A stretch of DNA of 64,000 bases, taken from assembly GCA_028534125.1 (NCBI GenBank), contig CM052819.1, forward strand, positions 91,884,001-91,948,000, written 5' to 3'. Below are positions 26,730 through 39,259 of the stretch, piece after piece (within the stretch, counting starts at the first letter, position 1; the number at the start of each line of letters is the position of its first letter). Position numbers and translations under genes: made by a program. This DNA is from Lama glama (Eukaryota). The notes beneath the pieces were generated by a model. That model saw nothing but the letters and a program-made list of their open reading frames with translations, was not told the origin of the DNA and searched no databases.

Positions 26730-26880
26730 AGTGTTTCATTAATATCATCAGTAACTCTTTGACTTGTGTTTCATTAATTTCACTCTAAATATAAGAAAAC
26801 AGGAATTGGAGGGATTAAGGAACTCATCTCAAGACACAGCTAGAAAATTCCAGGCACTAAGATTTGACTATAGGTCTCTT
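26730..26880 (-). mobile_element. MIR SINE
   Basis: ataagaaaacagg...gattaaggaactc..ctcaagacacagctag...gatttgac. Confidence 0.6.
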
Positions 26881-28419
26881 TTATTCTAGAATTCTTGTTA
26901 TCGACCTCTACCAGCCATTCTACAGCTTCTTTTAGGAACTCACTTGACAATCAAGACATTCACTTGATTTTACTGGCATTTTTACGTGACCCTGTTGTTT
27001 TCCTTGCTTGGACAGCCTTCCGTGGAAATGCTCTAACTCCTCACTTCTACAGTCTACTGATTTTCTCAACTGTGTATGAAATTTAGATTCTGAATTCCTC
27101 ACTTAGGAATTAGGTCAATTTAGCTGAAATGGGATAGTAGAGTCTTGGCACATGAGTTTTACTTTTTCTGTTTTTTCAGAGTATTATTCCTGCCACATCA
27201 TAAGTGGATTTCATTCCTCACTTTATGCAAATCATCATCACCCAAATCCAACATATTGGAAGACTTGAAAGTTAAATACTGCCTGAGACTTTGAGACATG
27301 AAAGTCAGTTAGGTTTGTCCTACAAAGAACCCATTCTCTAGGGGCCACATCATTTCCAGATAACTTAGATCCTGTTACTAAAATATATGAACCGAAAGCG
27401 AGGGAAATCAGGAAATAGCTGGCTCAAGATGTACAAAGGGCAAATCTCATTAGAAGGATTTACAGTCCAATTACATAAGTTCTAAGAGACTAGCCAAATT
27501 ATTGAGGCTATTCATATTATTTTACTAGAGCAGAATGTCACTGTATTGGATAAAAGAATTATTAGCAAGACCTTGAAAGAACAGTTAGAGATCTTTGTTC
27601 TAATATGATTTGATTTGTTGGTAAAGTATTTCCTAAAGCCAGTAACAATTGTCATGGTTTATGATAATGTTCTCTTTTTTTCCTTTAAATTCAAATCTTA
27701 AACTAGACTTTTGAATAAATACAAGTGGGATTAATACTAATGCACTTACTAAGTGAGGATAACATGCGTTTTTATTTTTAATTGTTTTAATGATTCACAT
27801 TTTATAAAGAAGTACAACTCTCCAGAATATTCTTTTACAACTAGATATTACTTTTCTGCATAAAGCATGAAATAATGAAGCACTCAAATGATAACATTTT
27901 ACTGCAAATCATCAACCAACTAAGCTCTTTTCATTGCTGTTCTGACTGAAATTTATATATAGCAGAGAGTAAAACTGAGAAAGCAACATAGGAAAAAATC
28001 TTTACTTCGGAGATTACAAATAGCATTTTTCATTTTAAACTTAAACCTTTCTCTTGCATTTGAGCTAACAGTCTTCCAGTTTAGCAAAAATAATGGGGGT
28101 GGAGGAATTGATGAGACAGGATAGTTAAATCTCTTAGGCTATGTAGACATGTCTCTTGAGAAATTAGAGCATATTATATATGGAAATGTTTGACTGTTAA
28201 TTAGGACTGCTGCAGAGTTCTGAAATAAAGCCTAGATAAGGTGTCTGAAACTCCAGCTTCTATTCTCAGTCAACTTCTGACTCACTATGCAAATTTTAGG
28301 ATCCTCCTTAATGCTTTCTTATGCTTCTTTTCTCTAATTTCATCCACAAAGAAGAATTAGCTCTTTTAATTATATGCTTTTTTTTTTAAAAGTAGGAATG
28401 ATAATCAGTTCATATGCAC

Positions 28420-29740
28420 ACTGATTCATTCATTCAAAAGTGCTTTTAACTAAAAGCCCATGAGAATCAGTTCCTTCTTCCAAGTGCTAATAGAGCATGT
28501 GAGTCAAGACTCCCTTCCAGGGGAGGCTCGGGGGAGGCAGAGAGATAGACAACACATGAGTTAAAAAAAATACAGACTTGTGGTTACCGGGCGGGGGCGG
28601 GGGGGTAGAGGGTGGGAAGGGATAGACTGGGATTTCAAAATTGTAGAATAGATAAACAAGATTACACTGTATAGCACAGGGAAATATACACAAAATGTCA
28701 TGATAAATCACAGAGAAAAAAATGTGACAATGAGTGTGTATATGTCCATGAATGACTGAAAAATTGTGCTGAACAATGGAATTTGACACAACACTGTAAA
28801 ATGATTATGAATCAATAAAAAATGTAAAATAAATAAATAAATAAATAAATAAATAAATGCATATGATGTTTCTGCATTTTGCAGTAAGATTGGATTGTAG
28901 CAAGATTGGAATAAATCAGGGCTTTGAAATAGAATGACTGGAAATTGTTGTATTCTTTTGTTAGGAAAGGTCTTTCTGAGAAATTGAAAATTGTGAAAAG
29001 ACATGAATTTTAGAGGATTCAGCATGTCCTAAATAGAAGACAAAGCCAAACAGAAGAGGTAGGGATGAACGTAAATGTTCAAGAAACACATCACTCCCAC
29101 TTCAAGCCTGACCAACAAGAATTCTTACAGACGACCCTCTGTTTTCTTTTTCCGGGCTAGATTTAATCAAGCAACGGCACCTCTGAAAGTTGCCTGTTGA
29201 AGCTGGAAGATTCAGGTTTTCGAAGTGCTTGGGCTATTTAATCACCACTAGAAGCAAACTACCATATAACCACGAAGATTGGTTTTAGATTTTATATGAG
29301 GAAGAAATAAGCATTTCCTGCACTGCTGCAGTTTTGAGACGTATCCCTCACATGGGCCAGAATCACCTAAACTGATAGAATCAAGCCTTTGGGTTTTGTT
29401 TTAAATGAGGAGAGGAGGTACTGATTTCAAACAGGTACAATGAGTGATTTGGTTTGGGTTGTCAAATTACCACTCTGCTGTTTGGGAAGTGATTTGTGAA
29501 GGAACCAAGGCAAGAAACCATCAGGAGGAGAACAATCAAGATCTGATGGTGGCTTGTGTCAGGGCGGTGGTCCTAGAAATGGAAGCAAGTGAACACAGTA
29601 CAGGTGTATTTGAAGGTAAATACGAAGGGCCTGGAAGATGGGCAGGATGTGGAGGTGACATATAACAAAGTAGTAAAGGATCCCTTGACTCTCATTTTTA
29701 TGTTTAGAGCAATGAGATGGATGTTGGCTTTAATTTTTAA
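28420..29740 (-). mobile_element. L2 fragments interrupted by an L1 and a probable MLT1 piece (~29150-29380)
   Basis: attcattcattcaa tail; ggaaaggtctttctgag; gatggtggcttg..cagggcggtgg. Confidence 0.55.
28571..28857 (+). mobile_element. 5'-truncated camelid-type L1 3' end
   Basis: cttgtggttacc, G-rich tract, gataaacaagattacactgtatagcacagggaaatata, AATAAA and (AAAT)n tail; homologous to 18401-18639. Confidence 0.9.
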
Positions 29741-32149
29741 ATGGGAAGACAGCAGAAGAAGCCAGTAAAAACTTATTATCTGAGGGCTTTTGTGGCATGT
29801 GGGGCCAGGAAGTGAGAGCAGATCAATACATCTCTGTGCTGTGCTCCATCCGCAGATATTTCCTTGAACTCTGTGCTCTGGGGCTTGGGGTGAGGGGAAA
29901 GAAAAAATGAATTGTTGAGAAAGAAACTGCAAAATTTTAAGTGAAATGACACCTAATGCTTTTCTTAACTTAGTGAAAATATGTTGTTTTTTTCTTGTTT
30001 AGTTGCTCTTCTGTGAGACAAGTCTCACTCAAGAATAATTTAAAGTGGTAGATCGATACAGAGAGACATTTTTTAAATGTTGTATTTGAGTTTTCTATCT
30101 GAGAGTATTCCTTTATGTATTCACTAAAAACTGTTCGAATGCTGACTATATGATCACCGTTATGCAAAAAGCTCTTGAAAAGGAGTGAATCTCTTTCATT
30201 CTCAAATTGTCGAGGCAAGAAGAGGTTGACTGCAGTGTTCATTCCGTGATGCTTCAGGGATAAGAATAAATATTTTGGAATGTAAACCATAGTGAAGCTA
30301 AGATGTTTCTTCAGTAGGGAGGGTGTCTGAACAGATCCAGCTTCCTAAGAGTAAAGAGGAGAGGGAGAAAAACTGCAGATATGCAGGAAAGACGCTGGCT
30401 CTTACCCACGCCAGAAGCTTCTTCCCAGCAATTACAAGAGCACAGCTCGAGACTCAGAGAGCTTGAACCAGAGGATTGATCTGAGCACCTGGACCACCGG
30501 AGAGCCAACTGCGCTCCTACCAAAACCTGGAAGCTATGCCTTCAGAAGAGTTCAACAAGGCAAGATGACTTCTTATCCCCATGACAATTCTGAATCATGA
30601 AATTGGATATTTGAAAGATTATTTTTTCTTGCAGCATTGGCAGTTTCCCTATCTACTCTACAGATTAAATTATAATGACTTTTCCCCCGAACTTTAAGTT
30701 TGAGAGTTTACACAAGTAAGGAGCGTTTGGATGTCCGAAGTACATTTTCTGAGATGCAATTATTGTGAAGATGGCTAAGGGGAGTGTTTCTTGATAACTT
30801 ATTATTTGTGAACTGACAAAGCCATGTTTTAGTGGTTCTATTTTTAGAGGTGATAATTACTTCTCAGTCTTTCTCTCTCTCCTTCAGTTTATCTGGAATC
30901 TGGCTTACTTTAAAAGAAATATCATGTTAAGTTAAAGAGAAAAGAGTGTGAAGTCACTTTTTAGAAAATACATTTATACATTTTCTGAATTTATAAATTT
31001 TAAGTGCCTCCATCTATATTGAGGTAACATATTTTCCTAATTATTATTCAATTTTTCTAAGCAGAAGTAACCTTAAAATAAGGGAAACATTTATTCCCCA
31101 TGCCCTGTTTTGATGCTCTTTTCCCTTGAATAGTCTTTCGATGTGTCTGATAACGTCAAGTTGGTGGGAATCCATGTGTGGATGCTTCTAGACTTACCGT
31201 AAGTGTCCCAAACATTATGCTATTAGGAATAAGAGATACCCAGGACGTTTTATCTGCTTAGTCCCATGTCTTGAATTTCTTCTCTACCCTGCCCTAAAAT
31301 ACGCATTCCTGACTTCATTCCATGACTCTTTTGATCCCTGGATGACTGATGTCTTTTTACTGCTTTGGATTCGTCTTATGTCTAGAGTTATTCATCCTGG
31401 CTTGAACAGATCAGTGACTGCTTGTTTAATCTTAGCTTAACCCATTTTGGCTTCTTGCTTCTGTGGCTGGCCTGTGTCCCGTATTAGAAAGCCTCTTGGC
31501 TAGACGTTATCTGCCAAGTCCAAGTCTATCATATCTTACCATTCCCAAGTTCTGAAATGCTTGTCTCCTGAATATATAGGGCTTTCTTTCAATTCTGCAT
31601 TTTAACAGAGACAGCCCTTGCCAAGAGGAGTATCAGTTTATCCAGGGTTCTATTCCTTCACAGCCCTAGTTGTTCCCAAGGGATAGAATTCTTAGTTTAG
31701 CTGCTAATGATTGCATGTAGGATCAGAGCGTTTGGGAGTCTGAATGGACCTTAGAGTTCCCGAAGTTCAGCTTGTTCCTTCCAGAGAATTAGAGTTATCC
31801 TCAGTCATACATCTTATTAGGACTAGAAGTAGGTCCAAAAAGTAGGATGTATGAGTTCAGTCTCTTTCTGTTTTTCTACAATTATTCCACTGAAGGATTA
31901 TGTTCATTTACTTTGATAGTCACATTTAGTCTCCAAAGTGGTGAATATAAATCAAGACACATAGGAATTTCTCACATAGCAGTGGTTGAGTGGAGCCTTC
32001 CTCCTGTCTTCCAGACATGTGGCAGCCTGCTTCCTCTACTCATATTCTCCCAAGTATCTGTGACGTGGATCAGCCCTCAGCAAAACGCCAAAGTCCACAA
32101 GAGTTATCGTGGCTGTCCTATCACTTTTGTGTGCTCAGTTCCTCTTTGT

Positions 32150-32700
32150 CCTCTGGTCGTTCCCTTGAATAAAACTATTATCAGGCAAAGGTCTGATCTC
32201 AATCGTGAACATCCTGAGAAAGGATATAAAGCACCTCCTGACTGTTGTCAGATTGAAGCAAATCTAATAGGCTGTTAACAGGATCGTATGTGCTCCTGTT
32301 GAACATAAACAGTATCACAGAGGACCAGTGTCAGACAAAGCCGTTGTGTGTTGGTGACGATCAAGACACAAAGACCACTCCGTAATTATATTTAATCTCA
32401 CACGAACTGAACGCTCCAGAACAGTCTCAACCACCAAAGTGACTGACTGTCTCCCTCTGCTGGCTAGCCTGAGGGACTGCTCCTTGTTGACCAAATAAAG
32501 CTTGAACCTTGGCCCCATTCCATTTCCTTTTCCTCCTAGATAATAGTTGACACAAAATCACTTAATTGCTTCCATTTTCAGACAGCAGCAAATACAGGAA
32601 AAACTATAGTTCTTTGAAATAGTCTCAAAATATCCTTTCACACGCTGAAATCCTCTAACAAGCCATTCCTAACATCAGCTACTGAGATGTTAAGCATGAG
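32150..32700 (+). mobile_element. Old ERV1 LTR (MER67/MER90/MER110 group)
   Basis: tgtcagacaaagcc...gatcaagaca..aagaccactccgtaat...ctagataa...actgagatg; subfamily uncertain. Confidence 0.55.
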
Positions 32701-32704
32701 GTAT

Positions 32705-33120
32705 TCATAGCAGGTTGGATTCTGCAGGAACAGAGGTTGAAAAGAAATATTTGTTAGAGATTAACAACAACAATGAAAAAGAGATCATTAAAAAAAAAAA
32801 GGAAAAAATGAAGGATGTAGGATTAGCCAAAAAAGAAATTGAATTACGTTGCAGGATGACCAAGTTTTGGCCAATTGGTGGGTAGCTCTGGAACAAATAA
32901 TGTCCATTAGAGTGCCCAGCATTAGCCAGAAAAAGTTTATTCTTTAGACTGTACTTCTCCCAGCTACTAGATACAGGATGCTCTAGTGTCATCTCAGACA
33001 AGGTGACTGAAAGAAGGTGTACCACACCTGAAAGGATATGACAACCAGATGATGGGCACACTTTCTGCAACTGGACAGCAACTCCTTCTTTGAAGAAGGA
33101 ATTGAGTGACTCAACCTCTG
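32705..33120 (-). mobile_element. ERVL LTR (LTR16-like)
   Basis: ggttggattctgcaggaacagag...ggtagctctggaacaaa...cattagagtg. Confidence 0.5.
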
Positions 33121-33288
33121 TAATTATACTATAGCATATGAATTATCTATTCAAAATGGACATAGAACTAGATAGCAATTAAGAAAATATTGAAAAGTAA
33201 TAAGAAATACCAAATACAAGCTGGTGAATCAACATAGAAATACATTTTTAAATTACATTTGTTTTACCTATTTATTTGTTAAGGACTC

Positions 33289-33442
33289 CAGGCAGCCCTA
33301 TGTATCCACTGCTCCCGTGTCCCCAGATACAGTGGCTGACTGAACTAGATCATTTTATAGAAAGGATTTGAGCATCCTTGCATTTTGGTATCCATGAGGA
33401 GCCCTGGGACCAATTCTCCCAAGAGACTGAGAGAGGAGTGTA
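33289..33442. mobile_element. Internally deleted MER2-like TcMar-Tigger element
   Basis: Start caggcagccctatgtatcc; end ggatttgagcatcc...ttttggtatcc...ggaccaattc...gtgta. Confidence 0.7.
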
Positions 33443-34159
33443 CTAAGGTGGTAGGGATTTCTTTGTGTTTCTGTGCAGAGCTACAGTCGTCTGATAGCTA
33501 ACTACTCGGTCTCCACTCACTTCTGTTTTTTTTTTTCCAGACAGTCATTGTTCATTTGTTAATTCTTCTCTTTGTCACACTTAACCCCATTGTGATTAAG
33601 CATCCCACAAATTCATGGACAATTTTCATAGTTTCCTTGCCTCAGAATTAAATTATCCCAGATACTAAAATCCATGACACAAGTAATCAAAAGTAAGAGA
33701 GTCGAGATCACCGACAAGAAAATAGGCAAATAAAATCTGTGACAGGACTTTAACATTTACAAAGCGCTGGGAAACTATGTATCAGAATTTGCGTAAGTAT
33801 CTCAATGACTTGTCATTGGCTTTTCTCTGCAGCTTGTATTATTCGTTCACGGCATTATGGCAAAAGGAGATCTTTTAGTCTTTTCTTTAAAACAGCAACA
33901 AAAAAATTTGTTACATTGAAACACAAAGGTTCACACAAATATTCACATAAATACATACTAATACACAATCTCACCTAAAATATTGTGCCAACAGGTAGTG
34001 GGACTATAGATACAAAGTAATTGTATAGGAAGAATGTAAAGAAAAGTGTATGTTGGGTGCCCAGTGGTCCAAGAGAGAAGAGAAATGGGTAAGGAAGCTG
34101 GATAATGGGGATGTATTTACTGAGTACCTGACATTGTATTTGGCACTATGTATAGATCC

Positions 34160-34629
34160 TTTCTTTTCTTTTTTCCAGCTTTATTGTGGCATCCTTAATG
34201 CACCAAAATGTTCATATTTAATGTATACATTTTTATGATTTTGGACATATGTGTACACCCATGATATCATCATGGCAATTAATGTAATAAACACATCCAA
34301 CACTTCCAAAAGATTTCATATATCCATTCCTTTTTTGTTTATTTTTGAAGAACATTCAGCATGAGCTCTACCTCCCAGCAAGTTTTTAAGTGCACAGCAT
34401 GGTGGGGTTAACTATAGTTACTATGTCGCTCAAAAGAGCTCTCAAATTCATTCATCTTCTGTAACTGTACCTTTATACCCCTTGAACAACACCCCAGTTC
34501 CCTCTGTCCCCAACCCCTGGCAACCACCATCCTATGGGTTCGGCTGTTTTAGACACATCATGTAAGTGGAATCATGCACTACTTGTTCTTCTATGACTGG
34601 CTGATTTCACTTAATTTATGTCTTTCAGG
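34160..34629 (-). mobile_element. L1MA/L1MB-type 3' UTR
   Basis: agctttattg...cccctggcaaccaccat...gtaagtggaatcatgca...ctggctgatttcacttaa. Confidence 0.85.
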
Positions 34630-34780
34630 GAGAAATGGATAAATTCTAGAAGCAGATAACCAACCAACCAAGAAGGAATCATGAAGAAATACAAAACCTG
34701 AACAGCCATGTAAGCGGTAAGCGCATTGAACCAGTAATCAAAAACCTCCCAATAAAGAAAAGCCCAGGACCAAATGGGTC
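34630..34780 (+). mobile_element. Inverted L1 ORF2 fragment
   Basis: gaaatggataaattc ... gtaatcaaaaacctcccaataaagaaaagcccaggaccaaatgg encodes EMDKF...VIKNLPIKKSPGPNG, just upstream of the L1 RT domain. Confidence 0.85.
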
Positions 34781-35079
34781 GTTTCATTGGTTCTGCAAAC
34801 ATAAGTTTATTAAGCATTCATTATTATTTGTGTTTACAGATGAGAAAGATGTCTACTAGGGATATCAAATAGCACAGTCAGGGTACCACAAGCACAGATG
34901 GCCTGATTCCAGAAACATTCTTCCCACTACCGTATTGATCCTAAAGTCTACAATGGGGTTATATGCTGTCGAACTGACTAAGCTTCAAACGAAAATTTTC
35001 AAATTTGAAATGTATTAAAAGATGTATGAATAGCGCCTCATCACTACATTAGTTCAAATTTACCTTCGTACCTTTCTCT

Positions 35080-35990
35080 GAGAGTCTGTTACTAAGTGTC
35101 CCCAAAATTTTATCTGTGACCTTCTTCTATTCGCATTCATTCGCTCTCCATCAGAGGCTTCCTCACCTCGGTGGGGCTGCCGGTCTTTTAAAACATAGCT
35201 TCAGATTATTTTAAAATTCTCATCCTGATTGGTTAAAGGTCTGCTATGTCTTACAAATGACTCAATTTGATGTGTCCAAGTTTGTGCTCATAGACACTTC
35301 AACCAAACCAAGTTTTTGCCTGTGACTGTTTCTGTTTCTGGTTGCCACATCACCATTCTTCTGCAGAGAAAGATTTGGACCCTCCTCAATCTTGACGTCT
35401 TCTCCTCTCTTCCTTCTTTACGAAATTAGTTGGCATTAAAAGAGAAATACATTGAAAGTATAAGTTAAATTTTCCCTTTGTTTCCGTCCCTCAAACATCA
35501 TCAAACTTAATCCATTATTGTATGTTAACAAGACTATTGAAATAAACCTGTCTTTTTCTAGTCATTCTAGAAAGTCTGCTCCCACAGCACCGTCCAGCAC
35601 TGACATGATGACTGAGGCCCATGGCCATGGCTCTGCACCCCCAATTCATTCTACTCAACATGGTCTGGTTGGTCTACATGTCTGAGATATAAGTAGGATC
35701 TTCCTCTTCAAAGGCAATCTGAGATTCCTTGTTCCCAAGATAATTCCAGATCTTTTATCCTGGCATCAGAGACATTCCTCTGAAATGCATTCTGAAAATT
35801 CCTTCTACCCAGAATGCAGTGCTCCCTCATTACCATCAACACTTCTCATTTGTCCACATGCATTTGAAACCTCATCTCTTCCCTTTCTCACCCAGTCAAG
35901 AATGATTTGCTTTTATTCTGCTCTAACATTGAACTTTGTTTACTCCTGCCTTAAATATTTATCTAGTGCTTCCTTCGAGAGTGGATGCTG
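35080..35990 (+). mobile_element. Degenerate L2 fragments
   Basis: L2-like pyrimidine-rich blocks; by eye only. Confidence 0.4.
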
Positions 35991-36119
35991 ACTTCTACTT
36001 TGCTACCTACCAAAGGGCAGGAATGACAGCCTTGAAATGTGATGTATTGAGGAAATTCTTTCAGGTAAGGAGAGTAAGATGGGGTGGGGTGGATATTAAA
36101 CATGAATGTTATTTCAACT

Positions 36120-36960
36120 AAAGATTAGATTCCATCAGCTCTTACAAGGAAACACAGGAATACAAATCACATCACAGAGTTCTTCCCACCTATGGCAGGG
36201 AAGATGGACTTTGATAACCTCTGTCAGTTCATTGTTGGCCTGAAGCTCCCTCTTCCTCCTGGAGACAGGAGTGTGTAATCTCCTGGATGAGGCAGTTCTT
36301 ACTGGGATGCAGTCCGCCTCCACAGAAGACGGCAGCTGAGTCATCAGTAGCAGCTAGAGGGCATGTGGATAAACCTCACAAGGTAATCTGGCCAGGGTAC
36401 CAGCAATGTCAGCTGCAAACATCTTCTCTATCATTCAGATTAGCCTTCTTCTCTCATTGTATTTCAACTTATTTCTTCCATTAAGTTGACTTCACACAGG
36501 CACTGCTCCTTCGGGATTTTAATTAATCACAATTTCTAGGGAAACTTACAAGACTAGAGTTAGTGAGACAAAATAAATTCCCTGCTGCAGCACTTAATTT
36601 TGAATTTGTAAGTGAGTCTCATCACCCCCTCCTCCCCTACACATTCTAGATTCCCTTCCTCTTGGCTAGTACTTCTCTGATCTTCTGGCATGAAGGACCC
36701 AAGGTGCTCCAGCGGTAGTCATAGATTTAGGCCTAATGGAAATCTCACTGTGCCCCCTGGTGGAAAAGTCTCCTTCTGACAGCCAGGGCCTTAGATCTAC
36801 GGAGCCTAAATTCACTGGAATAAGAAGCACAAATACTACATAATACTATATACAGGTGAATCACTGAGAGTCACGATGAATCAAAGGGTTCGACCTCTAT
36901 CCCTTGATTTCCAGAGCTGTGTACTCTGCCTCTTGGAGAAAGTGCATGATGGAATGATCA
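36120..36960 (-). mobile_element. ERVL remnant: LTR16-like LTR (~36120-36417) plus internal region with dUTPase relic
   Basis: Minus strand ggaaatcaagggatagagg...gtgcttcttattccagtgaatttaggctcc...ccaccagggggcacagtgagatttccattaggcct...gggtccttcatgcc resembles the ERV-L integrase-end/dUTPase region (PPG.T..IPL...G..M). Confidence 0.65.
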
Positions 36961-37104
36961 CTGTTAAGGCACTGTCTTCAAGTAAGCAGCACAGAAGTGC
37001 CTTCAACATGCCATTCCACTTTTCTATAAGGCTGAAAGTTTGTAGATAAACTCAAGAATGACAGCTCTGTCCCTCCAGTGGCTTGGACCAGACGCAATCA
37101 TCTT

Positions 37105-37431
37105 TGAGTCCTGAATTTTTTTACACACTCCACATGTTCCATCATCACATCCTGCTGATTTTTTAATCAAAATGCATTCAAAGTCTGATTACTTCTCACT
37201 GGCTCCGTTGCTAACACCATAATCCAAACCACAATGATCTCTCACTTCTGGGCCATCAGATTGGATCCTCTATATTGTACCTTTGTCCTACTACAAAATT
37301 ACACACCTGATAACAGGTTTGATCTTTTCTAAAATATGTCAGTCCATGTTAATCTTCTGCTCAAAACCTGCCAGTGGCTTGCTTTCTTGCTCAGAATAAA
37401 ATTCAGAATTTCTTATGAAAATCTACAAGGC
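37105..37431 (+). mobile_element. L2a fragment
   Basis: gatcttttctaaaatatgtcagtccatgttaatcttctgctcaaaacctgccagtggctt...cagaataaaattc. Confidence 0.75.
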
Positions 37432-39131
37432 ATGCTTTGTAACCAAACAACACGCACTGCAATCAAAGGTCTACATCATATTATTTGGGTTAAAGAGACA
37501 AGCGAATAGAATTATTTGTGCCTCAGTGTAGTTTTGAGAGAAGCATGAGTTTGTGTTTGGTGATATAGTTATAGCAGTGCCCGGTCTGAAAATAACACCA
37601 CAGGAAGATTAGCTAAGGTGTTTGCTCTTTCTGTTCTTATTAAAGCTGGTGTGTTTCTTGTCTTTTTCAAAAAACTTATTATTTAAACACAAATGCTTTT
37701 CATGTCGTATAATTTTCAAAGACATGATATTTAATAGCTATGTAGTATTTTACCCTATATCATGCCATTTTTATTTCTTTCATCTATTCATTCAGTTATC
37801 TGCTCCAGTCTAGGTATTACAGCAGCTGCTTGGAGCACTTTGATGAAAATAAGTTTATCTGCGGCAGAAAGCAGTAACACAAAACAAGGAATGTGTGCAT
37901 AAAATATATGATTGGATATGTCCCTTCTCTCTGACAATCTCACCAAAGGATATACTTTTTACCCCTGAATTAATGCTTAAATACTTATTGCTGTAGTAAA
38001 AATATTCTAATGAGAGACTTCTGTAAATATGGGGAACACTAAGAAGAAAGTCTTATTCATTCTTTTCTTTCATGGAGTCTGCTGATCTTAAGGGAAAAAT
38101 AGGATCCAAGTAGAGGTTAAATTTTAGTTCCTCCTATACAACTTTTACATGTGTCCAGGGTGCCATGTGCCAGAGAAATCCTGCTGCCCAATCATTTCCA
38201 AGCTACCAGTAATCATGATTAAAGAGTAAATTGCATGAACCTCACATGACTTCAGAGACTAATATATATGAAGGGTATCTATATCATATATTCCACTGAT
38301 CAGCTCCTGACAGAAAAGCTTTCCAGAATGAAACATTCAGTAAATCATAGCAAAATGCATGCATATTTATTTTTAACATCTTAAAATACATTGTCCTTTT
38401 AAATAATTTTATTTCTTTTAATGACTGCCTAGTTTTTCTAAGATCAGAGTAAAATTAATTGAATTCTCTCTTCATCACCATCTTCCCATCCATGCCAACA
38501 GTTTACTTCTTTGTTGATTGGTCACTGAAAGATGCTCCCCATGTTAAGTGCTTGACTCCAGGCAAGTAGTTGCAGACGTGATAATTTTAAAACATCCTAA
38601 TATTCAAAATATGTAAAATAAGATGTTCTTTGTTGATCTTACTATCTAAAAATTTCATTACTACTCACCCCTCCCTTAAATTAAGAAGATGAGGGGAAAA
38701 GCTCTTCTATCTTTGCATAGGCATTAAGTTATATTAATTTTCAGTACAATATTTTCTTTAAAATAATTATATATGTTTACATATGTAAATTATTTATTCA
38801 TTTGAAAACTAGGAAATGGAGCTGAAAAGAAGATATATTCTGTACATCTTTTCACTTAAGGTATGACTTTCTTCTGAGCCTAGAGAAAACGAGCATCCTG
38901 TAGAGAGCCAGCCACATGGAGCACTCTCTCCTTCAGGAAAGGATTTATAAATGAGATTAATAAGTGGCCGGAGAACAGTGCGTGGAGACGTTCTTGCTCC
39001 ATTCTTGCTCTTTTTGATCTTCCATGCCACTGTCTGTGACTAGGACTGGAACCTTGAGTTGGGTAACTTACCATTACAAGAAAAAAAAAAAAGATTTGTC
39101 TCCACCAAGCTCTCCCATCCACTTGTGTCCA

Positions 39132-39259
39132 NNNNNNNNNNNNNNNNNNNNNNNNNNNNNNNNNNNNNNNNNNNNNNNNNNNNNNNNNNNNNNNNNNNNN
39201 NNNNNNNNNNNNNNNNNNNNNNNNNNNNNNNNNNNNNNNNNNNNNNNNNNNNNNNNNNN
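39132..39259. other. Assembly gap (128 N)
   Basis: Run of N. Confidence 1.

Larger units (their letters stand above)
34105..34930 (-). mobile_element. MIR split by the L1 at 34160-34780
   Basis: atttactgagtacct...ggcactatg on the left; ttattattt..tttacagatgagaaa on the right. Confidence 0.55.

Noticed and set aside
31192-31204. Back-to-back splice-donor-like palindrome ACTTAC-C-GTAAGT
   Set aside because: No convincing acceptor or exon on either strand
31847-32278. 143-aa ORF
   Set aside because: No recognisable homology, composition typical of non-coding DNA, and its 3' part runs into an LTR relic
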